Shown: positions 24,791 to 36,349 of the stretch, in pieces | Position numbering within the stretch: position 1 is the stretch's first letter | How the letters are laid out: each line of letters begins with the position of its first letter | Assembly: GCF_009834535.1 (NCBI RefSeq) | Contig: NC_045714.1 | Span: 7,068,001-7,132,000, forward strand | From: Camelus ferus | Taxonomy: Eukaryota | Direction of reading: 5' to 3' | Length of the DNA: 64,000 bases | Made by a program: the position numbers and the translations under genes | Notes under the pieces: generated by a model | The model's input: only the letters and a program-made list of their open reading frames with translations | Told to the model about the DNA's origin: nothing | The model's database searches: none

Positions 24791-25109
24791 GGTTAAATAC
24801 AGGAACAGCCCTGTGGCGGGAACAGCCTAATCAGCCCATCCTGCTCCCGCTGGGAGGGATGAACTCCAATTACTTTCCATTTCAAAAATCAAAGTCCAGG
24901 GAGGGGTTTCTGATGAGTATAGGCTGCTCGTATCTTAGCAAAAGAAGAACAGGAAGCGAGTTCCATGAGCTTCCCCAAAGGGAAGAGATACTCCCAAAAG
25001 GAAACTGCTCCTTATGTTCAACAAGTAGTAATGGATTCTTGGGTCATAGGTGGGGGAGCTATGCCTACAAATGTGTAAACTAGTACACAGAAATGAAATG
25101 ACTTTCTGT

Positions 25110-25570
25110 CCCTGTTTGGGATAATTGATGCTTCCAGTAACCAAAATCCAAGTAGCAGTAGCTTAGACATACAAGGGCTTATTTTTCAGGCATAGTCAAT
25201 CTGTGAGAAGGCAGTTGTTGGTACTGGTCAGTAGCTCAGCAGCATCAGAATCTGTGCTGGCATTTCTGGGATCTTCTTGGCCTTTTCCTCATGTTCACAA
25301 TATGGTTGCCACATGTCCAAGCTTCCTGCCTTCACACATTCTTCAAGGGAAGAAAGAAGTGGAGGATAAACGATGCAGTGTTTTCTTCCAGTACATGTCT
25401 CTCTAATCACAGAAGGAACTGTCCTTCCTAGGAGCTGTCTGAGACATCCTATTTTTTATTTTTGGCAAAACTGGACAATGTCTATGTAGCCTTTCCAGTC
25501 TCTATGGCAAGAGCTGGGCATTGAGAAGGGTGTTGGGAATGCTTCTGGGTGGTCAGCCAATGGTGTCTGC
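25110..25570 (-). mobile_element. MLT1K-like LTR
   Basis: gtaaccaaaatccaagtagcagtagcttagac...cacaatatggttgcca. Confidence 0.6.
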
Positions 25571-25729
25571 TCACGATCAAACAGCTACAGGGTAGAGGAC
25601 TTGGTCTGATCTAAGTTTTGTCTGGTGCCAAAGTCTCTTAGACCGTAGGTTACATTGCCTCTTGGGGGAAGGTTTTGTTTTCCCTTTCAATTTGCTCTGT
25701 TTTGTTTTCAGACGCTGTCTAGGTAGCTA

Positions 25730-26018
25730 CACACAAATGGCCGTATAGTACATGATTCTGTTGATATGAAATGTCCAGGAGAAGCAAATCTATAGAGATA
25801 GAAAGTAGGTTATTGGTTGCCAGGGGCTAGGGGGTTGCAGTGAATGGAGGGTGACCGTGAATAGGTATGGGGTTTCTTTTTGGGGTGATGAAGATATTCT
25901 GAATTTGATAGTGGTGGTGATTACACAATTCTGTGAATATGCTAAAAATCACTGGATTGTACACTTTGAAATGGTGAATTTTATGATGTGTGAACTATAA
26001 TAAAGTCATTAAAAAAAG
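25730..26018 (+). mobile_element. L1MB 3' end
   Basis: atgaaatgtccagg...gcaaatctatagagatagaaagtagg...tgtacactttgaaatggtgaattttatg. Confidence 0.85.
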
Positions 26019-26464
26019 TAAATGCTAAACCTATACTATAATTTTTGTAACTCCCTGACGTTTAAAAATATACCAGGATCTTCAAAACATCAGAATGCCC
26101 TACGCCTCTCCTGCCCTGTCTGAAGTCTTGGGCATAGCCACTCTCGACGAGCTCCTGGAGGTCCAATCTGACTATTAGCTTGCCCTGCCCTGCCTTCACA
26201 GATCAGAACTCCTTTCCCTTACTCCTTTAAGGTCTCCTTTCTAGGTATTTTTCCATATATACTCACACATGAAAAACAATTTATTTCCCTTGCACTCTCA
26301 TGACCTCATTAAATTGCAAATTCCACGAGATGGTGCTTGACATTATAGCTAAGATTGTTTCTACATAGTAGATGCTCATATGTTGCTAAGTGGAGGGGCC
26401 GATTATAAAAATATTTGAGAAGGACTTTAAGAAGTTCTGTAGCAGTATTAGACTAGTAGCTTTA

Positions 26465-26622
26465 GGGGTGGAAATTCTCAGCTCAGGCTGTGCTTTAGAA
26501 CCCCTGCCTCGCTTTTCCTATGTGGGTGCCTGGGTTCCATGCCCAAGGATTCTGATTCCGTTGGGATCGCATCAAGGTATCTAAGCTCTCTGGGTAATTC
26601 TCATATTCAGCAAGAACTAGAA
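26465..26622. mobile_element. MER5-like MITE
   Basis: ggtgcctgggttccatgcccaaggattctgattc...ctgggtaattctcatattcagc. Confidence 0.55.
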
Positions 26623-26850
26623 CAGTGTTTTTTGACTGGGAGTGATTTTGCTTCCTGCGCAGGGCACATTTGGCAATGGCTAAAGACATTTTGGTTGTCA
26701 CAGCTCGGGGAGAGGCATGTGCTGTTGGCATCTTGTGGACCAGGAGAGACCAGGGATGCTGATGAACATCCTCCAAAACTCAGGGCAGCCCCCACGACAA
26801 AGAATTACCTGGCCTAAAATGTCAGTAATTCTGAGGCGGAGAAACCCTGG
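26623..26850 (+). mobile_element. MER20
   Basis: gtgattttgc...acatttggcaatggctaaagacattttggttgtcacagct...aaatgtcagtaattctgaggcggagaaaccctg. Confidence 0.85.
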
Positions 26851-27742
26851 GTTAAAGGGGTCAGAGAAGACCGGCCAACTGCATCATCAGAGTTCGACTC
26901 TGGAGCACGTGGTGGCAAGTAGAAACACGTGACTGTGGCGCCCAGGTAGTCAAGTGGGCGGTCACGGGGAGTCACAGCTGAGGCTCAGCACAGTGCTGAG
27001 TTTGATCTCCCCGTGTGTTCTGTGGATCCAGACCTCCTTTGTTGATAAGCTCATCGGAAAGCAAGACAGAAGTTAGGTTTTTACAATTCTTGTTATTTTT
27101 ACAGGCATTCCACAGCTAACAGCCATCAACTGTCAACCATGATGAGCAATTCACGTTCAAAACGAAGAACTTCTGACAATTACCGTGCATCTTTATTCCT
27201 TCGGCATGCTTTCAGAATTATTGCTTTCATTGTGGAGTAAAACTTGGGCCACGGCAACACACTCCAGAAAACAGCACATCATTATTTGTGATAAGGGGGA
27301 GCAGGAGATAAGAACACAGGCTCAGGAGAGACATCTTTGTGGGCTGGAGCGAACACCCGAATCAGATGCTGATCATGCCAAAGCCACCGAAGCAACAAGC
27401 ATCCTACACACCTTGGGACAAATGTTGACTCGGTGGATTTTTGTTTGTTTGTTTAAAACCAATCACTTGATATGTTCTCATCAGCTATGCGAGAGATTGC
27501 TATCGTGGATAATGAAAACAAAATGACAGGCAGATAAATTTAGTTGCTGTTTAAGAAATCGTGTAAGGTATTCTCAATAGTATAAAGATAAGGAAATCGC
27601 ATAATTGAAAAGAGCTGAAAACAGCATTAGCACGAGAGCATATGAGGAGAGCAAGGGAATCAATCGTGGAGTGCAGGAAAGGAGCGCAGATAAGGCCGAG
27701 CTCCCTTCCGTGAATAAAACTGCCCACTTGCTACGAAAGCCA

Positions 27743-27920
27743 GCCCAGTGGTTTTCAACCCAGGCTGCACAACAGAACCTCTGGGACAGCTTTAAAAGCT
27801 CCTGGTGCCCCGGCTGTGCTCCAGCACAATACGGTCCAAAGCTCTGGGGTGGGGCCTGGCAGCGGCACATTGTAAAGCCCCCCGGGTGGTTCCAACGAGC
27901 AGCCACACCGGCGACCCACC
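27743..27920. mobile_element. MER5A
   Basis: cagtggttttcaacccaggctgcaca...ctctggggtggggcctgg. Confidence 0.75.
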
Positions 27921-28549
27921 TGGCGGGTTCTCCCTCTCTCTGCCTGCCCTGCTACAGGGGTAGCATCTTGGCCTGGCTCACACCACACTCTGCTGCACCT
28001 AAACCCTTCAGGACACAGAGGTACTTCGTTTAGTAAGTATTTACAGCAAAGGCGTTGGGACAGTGTTGTGAGCCCAATGGCAGCGGCGTCCAGTAGCAGC
28101 GGTGGCCACGGTACTTCGGGGCAGTGGCTTAACAAGAATTAAGGTCCCCCTGCAGGGACCGTGAAGTGGTTCCTCTGACACAGCTTCCTTTGCTTCCTGC
28201 TCATTGTCCCAGCCTTCTTCTCTTTTTGGAGACTTCCTGATTTCCTGCCAATGAACCGAATTTCTGCTAAGTTAACCAGACGTGGTTTCTGTTGCTTGCA
28301 GCTGAGAACCCTGAAGGCTTTCTGAAAGCTTTATTTATTGAATGTTTTTCTTGAAATTGACAGATTAAGAAAATATCTTAGCTTCATCCAACGTCATGAT
28401 ATCCATGGAATCCCTTTAGACGTGTCAGTAAGGTCTTTTGGAATGTATGTAAAGTAAACACACAATTATTAGACGTAAAACGTCTCTGTACAACCTAAAA
28501 CTGTCTTGCATCCCAGCAGCTCATGAGCTCCCTTTTGGGAAAGGCTGAG

Positions 28550-29400
28550 TTAGGATTCTTTTTAGTGCAGTTAATAGAAAGCAGATCTGAACAGCTTAAG
28601 CCGAAATAAGGAATTTGTTGGGGTTTCTTGTAAAATCAAGGAAGCAGCCGTGGGCACCTTGGGACTCAGGGAGGGTCGCAGCTCTCTCCTCCCAAGCACT
28701 CCCAACAGTGCGGTTTAACACCAACACCTCCTGCTGAAACCTGCAAACACATGCGGGGGAGAGGTTCCACTGTGGCCAGGAGGGGCTGGTCATGGAGCGC
28801 AGGCAGTTGCCGGGGGCCCTGGTCCATGCCTGGGGTCAGTCCCCAGGGCAGGGTCATTGATCAGAGCGAGGTAACCACCTGAAGAGATGCCTTCTACCTT
28901 ACAGGAAAATTCTCGTGAACTGGGTGGGACAGGCTGTAAGTCAGGCAGCATATGTTCAATGCCAAGTGACAACCCCCCCAAACCCCCCCAAACCCCCCCC
29001 AAAACAAAATACAAGCCGATCTAAGCGAAAAAGGGGATTTACTGACTCAGAAAACTGGACTGTGTAGGGCCGAGAACCAGCCTGAGTCGTTGTTGGAGCC
29101 GGGGTTCAAACAGCGCCATCAGGGCTGTTTCACCTCCCTCTCCTCTCTCCCCCGTCTGTGTCGGCTTCACTCCCTGAAGGGTGTTCTCCGGGAAGCCCAG
29201 CCTGTTCTGGGATTATCTGTCATCCTCAGAGACAGCCATCTCAGCGCCTGGAGCACCTCTCTTGGGTCCTTTCAGCAACAGCCTTGGGGCAGATTCTCCT
29301 TGGTCAGGCAGAAGACAAGTGCCCATCTGGGAACCGATCACTGTGGCCCTGGGAGGCCTGTACTACATGGGGTGGCCAGGTTTAAACCAAGTGCCCATCT
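28550..29400 (+). mobile_element. MLT1 (K/L/M-like) fragments
   Basis: gcttaagccgaaataaggaatttgttgg; ctaagcgaaaaaggggatttactgactca. Confidence 0.5.
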
Positions 29401-29449
29401 GGATGGGCCGTGGGTGGGGCCAACTCCTGTCAAATCACGTGGGCTGAAA

Positions 29450-29620
29450 TCACAGCTGGTAAATATTCAGAAATTGGCTCTGGGGGTGGGGCAGGGGACA
29501 TGTGTACGTGCAAATACTCCCACCGTGGCTGACTTCAAGCTACCTGCACAATCTCAAATGGCTTACAAGGTTGCTAAAAGTTTAACAGTCAGCATTCATG
29601 AGCTGGTAAGACAAGGGAGA
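29450..29620 (-). mobile_element. MER63-like hAT-Blackjack
   Basis: aaatactcccaccgtggctgacttcaagctacc. Confidence 0.65.
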
Positions 29621-29709
29621 GGTGGCAGAGGTTAGGGCAGAGTTTCCTTAAAAAAAAAAAATCATCAGTGCTAGGAAGTAGGTTCTAGAAGAGAATTCAC
29701 TGATCCATC

Positions 29710-30530
29710 ACCAAGTATTTATTTTCTACCAAGGACAGAGCCTGCCTCTATTTTGGGACACAGACATGAACTCACCGTCTACGTGGGAAGCTGACGTGTC
29801 ACAAGAGGGTGTGAAAGGTACGGTAAGCGCTCTAACAGAGGACAGGTGTTAGCAGAGGGAGCAGGCAACCTAAACGGGGAGGGGAGGACGAGGGGAAGTT
29901 TCAGAGAGCAGGTCTTACCTGTGCTGGTTCTAGAAGGATGTGTGGGGACTTGTCAGACTAATGGGGTGGGCATGCCAGGCTGAGGGTACAAGGCTTCAGA
30001 GTCGTCGGGGTAGGAAATAGCTCTAAGTGGTTTCAGATGAACTCGGGCGGGAGAGGGAGGCAGCCAGTCTGGGGCTAGATCTTGCAGGATGTGTTCAGGA
30101 TATTGGATTTTATCCTGCTGCCATTGAAAGAGCAATTAAAGTGTTTCAAGCTGGAAAAAGGGTCCTGATCATATGGGCATTTTAGAACAGCGGTGCAGCT
30201 GTGTGGAGGGCTGATTCTAGAGGAGGGAAATCAAAAGCAAGGAGATTAGCAGGAATTTAGGTGAGAAGGTGGGCGGAGCAAGGAGGTGAAACGGAATCAA
30301 CTTGGTGGCCAACTGAGAGTGCGGGGGCAAGCTCCAGAATATTCACCATCTTGGTCCAGGAGTAGCTTTGACCGATGGGGAAGGACAGGCTTATATGTAG
30401 CAGAGAAACACGAAGCCTGCATGCTAAAGAAGCAAGGCCTTAGAAATAAAAAGTGTCTCTCTAGTTTAATATCACAAACTAAAATGATTTGTGATCAGGA
30501 GGAAGAGAGGTCAATACTGGTTGGCACAAC
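29710..30530 (-). mobile_element. L2
   Basis: ggattttatcctg...aaagtgtttcaagctgg...tgatcatatgggcattttagaa. Confidence 0.7.
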
Positions 30531-30799
30531 TCAGAAAAACTCATGAATGCGGCAGAAAGGGATGGGCTCCACCTGGCAGCGGCTGCATCTGTCAGAGCGA
30601 ACCAAACACTGCAGTGCAGATCCCGTGCCCACAGTCTTCCTCACTTCTGGGTCCAGGGCTCAAATGATGGGGGCACGATTCCATCTTCTCTCCCTGCTAC
30701 CCTCTTTTCCTCTGGGTTGAATTCATTCTCAGACAGGCATCCTCCCTTTCTCTGGAGAAGAAGGAAAAAAAAAGTCCTCCTTTTTCTGGAGAAAGGGGA

Positions 30800-32050
30800 T
30801 CTGAGATTTCAGTTTTTGAGAGATTGCAAGTTTGAAAATATAATTGTTCTTGAGTAATCATTCGGCTGATTATGAAATTATCTGAAAGAAATACTTTCGC
30901 ATTGGAATTTGGAAGAAACATATTGTCCTCCAGTTTTCAGCACAGCCGTTGTGACATGTGATGATGCTTTCCTAATTTTTCTCTCTCTCTGGAAAACTTT
31001 TAGGGTTTGGAGTTATATGATGGATGTAACTTGGCGTGGACTTTTCTCACTTTCTGAGCTGGGTAACTGATGGCTTCCTGAAGCTGGTGTTCTTTCGTTT
31101 TTGAGATTTTCTTGAATAATTTTTTTTAATGTTATTTCTCCTTTTTTCATTCTCAATTTATTATTATTGTTGTTTTATGAAATTTCTATTATTTGGATGT
31201 TGTATCTTTAATTTTCTTCTTAACATCTTCTCTCCATCGTCTACCTCTTTTTCCTTTGTCTTACTTTCTGGGAGAATTCTCACCATCATCTTCCAAACTG
31301 CTGCTTGAATTTTTAATTGTTGCACTGTATCTTTCAATTTCCAAAAGCTATTTACTATTCTCTGACTTTCCATTATATGCATTTTATTGATGAATGCTGT
31401 GCCGCTCTGAAGATACTGCCAGTATTTTTGACATTTTTTCCTTGCATGCCACACAGTCTCTCTCCTTAGAGTTCCTTTCCCCTCGTTTGTTTTCACCTCT
31501 GAATTGTATCTTTGAGGTTTTGCTCAAATACTTGGTGATGCCTGGGTGTCCATTTGTACTTTGAAGTGAGGCACTAAAAGCAGACTCAGCGCTTGATGTG
31601 GGACGGATCGTGTTGACTGGTGGGCTTCTGAGTGCGAACAACGCGGATAGTTGCTTGTTTTATGGGAATCCCCCGACATGTCAGCACCTGTGGTCTTCTC
31701 TCCTGGACAGAGGCGCTTCTTCGGTGAGGAGACAGTGAGCCTCTCCCTTGGGAGGGCAGTGAGTGTTGACAGGTAGCCCAGACTGGGAACCAAGCGGAGA
31801 AGGGATGAGAGGGTGTGCCTGCTTGTGTCACAGGGGGCTGGCACTCTCACCCTCCCTTGTGCTGGGCATCTTCCAGTCCAGAGTCTTTAAACTCGCGCCC
31901 ATGACAACTTCCCTTTCTGTGGGAGGTAAGCGGGGGAGGAAATCCTTAGAGTTTTCCAGATTGCACTCCAAGTCTGCACTCCCGTCTTCAGAAGTGCGCA
32001 GCGCCCCCCAGCCTCAGCTCCGCAGGTCCGGGCGCTTGCAGTGCTTCCAC
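30800..32050 (-). mobile_element. HAL1/L1 ORF1 remnant
   Basis: Minus-strand ORF 31164-31496 (...WKLKDTVQQLKIQ...KTKEKEVDDGEKMLRRKLKIQHPNNRNF) resembles a degraded L1/HAL1 ORF1 coiled coil. Confidence 0.65.
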
Positions 32051-32569
32051 GCTGACTTCCCAGCACCCGTCCTGGTCTAAGGGAAGCGCTGGACCTCAGT
32101 CACTTACCACGTGTTCGTTCGCTTTCCACCTCTCAAAGTTTGACTGACGTTTCTCTCCTGTCATCGTCCGTTCTCCCACTCTTTTTGTCCTTGTGGCGTT
32201 TACGCCTCTCTAATCCCTTTACTGTCATTTTAGCAAGGTTTTGAGGAGAAGATAAACGGGTGGATTCAACCCGTTTTAAACCGGAAGCCCTTTAATATGC
32301 TTTCTATCAATTTTTAACGTGTCCATCCATCCCGCCTCTCTTCACTGCTGCTCCAGGCTGGTCGGACACCGTGACTGAGCTGTCCTTGACGACTCCTTCC
32401 CTGTCTTTTCCTGTTGAGTATTTCACAAGGTCAGGCCCCAGGTGCGCGGTCGCCCGAGCTCCCTGCGGCGGAGGCCGCATGGAGGCTGGTGGCAGATTCC
32501 ACAGTCTTAAAACAATGCGCAATGGGAGCCACAACGTGGCTTTTCCATCTTGCAGTTTTATTACGTTTT

Positions 32570-33540
32570 CAAAGGCTTTTAATTCTTTCCCGATAAAGCC
32601 TTTTGAAAAATACTCACTTCTAAAAATACTTCAGCAGTGTAGAGGCTCAACATAAACTTTCCTACTCTCTCCCCTCTAATCCTGTGCCTCGCCTCTTAGG
32701 CATTTGATATGTATCCTTCCTGCACGTGGTACATATCCTTCCACACCTGGTAAATTATGCTTGTACCAGCACGTGATCACTCACTTACTCATTCAACAAA
32801 CAATTTCTGAGTCTCTGTTTTGTGCCAGGCACTGATGTCGAGATGTAGGCAGTATGGGGTGGTGAACAAGACAGGTCAGATCCCTTCCCTCCTGGGGATG
32901 TACATTCTAGTGGATGTATACCTCTCTGAACACCCCACACATGCTCACCCTACATCCATAAAGACACACACACACTCATGGCCATATTGTACATAGTGTT
33001 CTGTGAGCTACTTCCCCCCCGCCCCCCACTTATCATCTAGTACATCTTTCCACTTTAGTACAGTAGATGATCTTTGTAATTTTTAATGGTTGTGTGTCAT
33101 CTCTTTAGTGGAACGTGTCATTTATCTACTCTCCTAATAATACTCATTTAGATTATTTCCAATATTCTGCTCTTGCAAACAATGGATCAAGTGTGATTTG
33201 TTCAAATAGTCTCCTACTGGTCAACCTTGAAGTGTTTCCAGTTTTCTATTTAAAATTTTTTAATTATACAAACAACTTTGCAAAGTTCGTTTTGTACATT
33301 TAACTTTGGACCTCTTCCCTAGACCGTCTATAGTGTGTATGTTCCTATAAGGAGAACGCTGGGGTCAAGTGGAACAGCATTACACATTTTGAAAGCTACT
33401 GACAAACTACACTAAAAAAATTTGAATGTATTTAAACTCCCACTAGCTATGAAGGAGTGTGCCTATTTCTGAAAAAGGTGTTTTTGATGTGTGTTGTGAT
33501 TTTTTTCATTTTGCCATGTTGCATTTCCCTAGTTAATTTA
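32570..33540 (-). mobile_element. L1ME fragments with an L2 3' end at about 32778-32915
   Basis: cattcaacaaacaatttctgagtctctgttttgtgccaggcactg (L2); gtgtttccagttttctatt (L1). Confidence 0.6.
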
Positions 33541-35452
33541 AACTTGACTGCGACAGGACTGTATGCTTCCAGACACGGCCCGATTTACACCACCTGGGAT
33601 TTGTTATCAGACTACACAGCACTTACCACTCTCTCAAAGAAACGTGGACATGGAAAATTTATCATTTTCTTTCCACTAGATCTTGAACAAACAAGCTAAA
33701 GAAACTTGGTCTCAGACTTATCTTTGAAGAAGTCATTGAATGAAAAAAAAATCTAAGAAAACCCCCCAACTATACATCTGTGTATCATCTTCAATCACTT
33801 TTAATCCGTAACAAAATGTTATGCTTCAGCTCATATTTAGAAGAGCAAAACAAATTTTATGTATAAGGTCATCTCTATCCACTCTCTCAATAAGCCTTTT
33901 CAAAGATCTCTGTGCAGATTGTGGCATGATCTGATTATAAATGAATGTGCATTACTAGACAGGAAAACCAAAGACATCCAAGTGTGGTGACTAGGATGGG
34001 CGATGTTAGACATCGTGATGTTAATGACTGTCACTCATGGCAACTTTCAGAAGTTATCTCCACTCAGTCTACCTTCGTTTTGGATAAGAGATTTTTTTCT
34101 GTAGGGTTGCTCAAGTCAGATCCTTGTTCCTTTAATCTGTTTCTCTCTAAGCGCATGCAAATTGTGCTTGACTTAACCAAGCAGCTCTGCTTTAATTTGT
34201 TGGCACGATGTGATGCGTAACCAAAATGGATTTTTAGGCTCATCAAATGTCTACGCTGGATGGTTCAAAAGCAGAGTGACCTTTACAACTTGCATTGTGC
34301 ATTGCAAATCTAAAATCGGAGACCAAGATTGCAAATTCTCACACTATTTTGCTTTCATTAGAGGAGAAGACAGAATTCAGCCGGACACAAGCACTAAAAT
34401 TAGATTCTTAAATAAACAGCCCAGGTCTTAATAATTCATGCAAAGACGCAGGGGAAAAAATGAGGAAAATAATTGAGCAATGGCAGGCAGATACCATGTC
34501 GTTTTGTACTGCCTCAAACTAATTATCAGTCCTGCATATCTCTGATGTACAGGTTTATTAATGAAACAAAAAGGCATCTACTATAGATAAATAATACACC
34601 ATATGCAATCCACACATTCTATGTATAACAGGGACTAGTGACACCTATCAATTCATTTGAAATCAGGTCATGTGCACTTTGCTCAGTCTGCAGTTTGTCA
34701 ATCTGCTTTCTGCTTAATAGATGTCATTGTTTGTCGTGCTTAAAAAAAAAAAAAGCACCATAGTGAGGAACTAGGTGAGATATAAAAGTAATTACAAAAA
34801 ATCACGACTCACTCTGCCTCCAAAAAGGCAGCCTAAACAGTGATATATTTGTACATTTATCATAACCAACATGGGCTCAGCTTAGAGATTTAGTGAAAGA
34901 ATTCAGCGGGGCCATTAAGAAATGAAGACATTTTGCAAACCTCTTTTTTTTTTTTTTAATTCTACAAACCCATTAGGGTATTTATGCTTCTGGATGAAGA
35001 AGAATTAGTATCATTAACATGAAGGGGTCATCAGGGAGGTTGCAGGAAGCCAGGGGTCACGGGATGGGGGGCAGGAAAGAAAGGCAGAATCCAGACTGAG
35101 AAAGTAGATGGAATAGAGGTTTCTGAAAAAAACCAGAAAATAATTAGCGGTAGAACATACACAGACGTCATTAGCTGCAGGAATGTCTATGACAAATAAA
35201 TAACGGTTGAAAACAGTAAAATTCCTGGTAATGCAGTGTGTTGTAATATTGATGGCAACATGTGGGAAGCCTCTGACAGCTGTTAAACAGATGTGGCAAT
35301 TAGCGAACCTTATGGTCATGCCGGTAAGATTATTATGCAACACATTCTCCAGCAAAATTAGACGATTTCCTTCTTTGTGTGGCTTTATGCATGTGGGGAG
35401 CGAGCTAGTCTAAAGCTCCGTTTAAGCAAAGTCGCTAGCTGGTGTCTCTNNN

Positions 35453-35666
35453 NNNNNNNNNNNNNNNNNNNNNNNNNNNNNNNNNNNNNNNNNNNNNNNN
35501 NNNNNNNNNNNNNNNNNNNNNNNNNNNNNNNNNNNNNNNNNNNNNNNNNNNNNNNNNNNNNNNNNNNNNNNNNNNNNNNNNNNNNNNNNNNNNNNNNNNN
35601 NNNNNNNNNNNNNNNNNNNNNNNNNNNNNNNNNNNNNNNNNNNNNNNNNNNNNNNNNNNNNNTTTT
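35453..35666 (-). CDS. Putative hidden exon (about 214 nt) over N-run 35450-35662
   Basis: Minus strand shows cctaat (branch-like) ... tttcaacatgatag|AAAA before the gap and agagac after it (GTAAGA or GTGAGA if 3 bases are hidden). Confidence 0.35.
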
Positions 35667-35757
35667 CTATCATGTTGAAATTCAATGAACAGTTTTCAAT
35701 TAGGCTTAGGATATAAAAGGAAAAAAGTAAGAGACTTTTCCTTGATGTTTAACATNN

Positions 35758-36055
35758 NNNNNNNNNNNNNNNNNNNNNNNNNNNNNNNNNNNNNNNNNNN
35801 NNNNNNNNNNNNNNNNNNNNNNNNNNNNNNNNNNNNNNNNNNNNNNNNNNNNNNNNNNNNNNNNNNNNNNNNNNNNNNNNNNNNNNNNNNNNNNNNNNNN
35901 NNNNNNNNNNNNNNNNNNNNNNNNNNNNNNNNNNNNNNNNNNNNNNNNNNNNNNNNNNNNNNNNNNNNNNNNNNNNNNNNNNNNNNNNNNNNNNNNNNNN
36001 NNNNNNNNNNNNNNNNNNNNNNNNNNNNNNNNNNNNNNNNNNNNNNNNNNNNNNN
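35758..36055 (-). other. N-run 35756-36055 (300 nt): possible hidden exon or conserved element
   Basis: Minus strand after the gap reads atgtt (GTATGT donor if gt is hidden). No clear acceptor is visible. Confidence 0.3.
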
Positions 36056-36152
36056 TTGTGGATTATGGGCTTTCACAAAAGCATTTATTGCGGGCATAAA
36101 ATATAAAACTGTAAAGAGTGGGTTTGACTAGGGTTGACTGGAGGGTCCTTAC

Positions 36153-36349
36153 CNNNNNNNNNNNNNNNNNNNNNNNNNNNNNNNNNNNNNNNNNNNNNNN
36201 NNNNNNNNNNNNNNNNNNNNNNNNNNNNNNNNNNNNNNNNNNNNNNNNNNNNNNNNNNNNNNNNNNNNNNNNNNNNNNNNNNNNNNNNNNNNNNNNNNNN
36301 NNNNNNNNNNNNNNNNNNNNNNNNNNNNNNNNNNNNNNNNNTAGAGCTG
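36153..36349 (-). CDS. Putative exon of 197 nt (194 nt with the distal NAGNAG acceptor), mostly hidden by N-run 36154-36341
   Basis: Both splice sites are fully visible on the minus strand: tccttaac-cccacatttcctttattccag|CAGCTCTA... and ...G|gtaagg. Confidence 0.6.

Noticed and set aside
29090-29635. Longest ORF in the track (181 aa, +)
   Set aside because: Spans MLT1 and MER63 remnants, starts at a non-ATG codon, and has no recognisable domain.
27916-30585. Additional CTCF-like half matches (also near 3037 and 60876)
   Set aside because: Weaker than the two reported motifs and expected by chance.
36153-36349. Naming the host gene from exon sizes or first bases (CACNA1C/D 197-nt exon, GPC6 137/176 pair, SOX6 QLYAA exon start)
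   Set aside because: From memory, the visible exon start, length or neighbouring intron geometry conflicts with each candidate. No symbol assigned.
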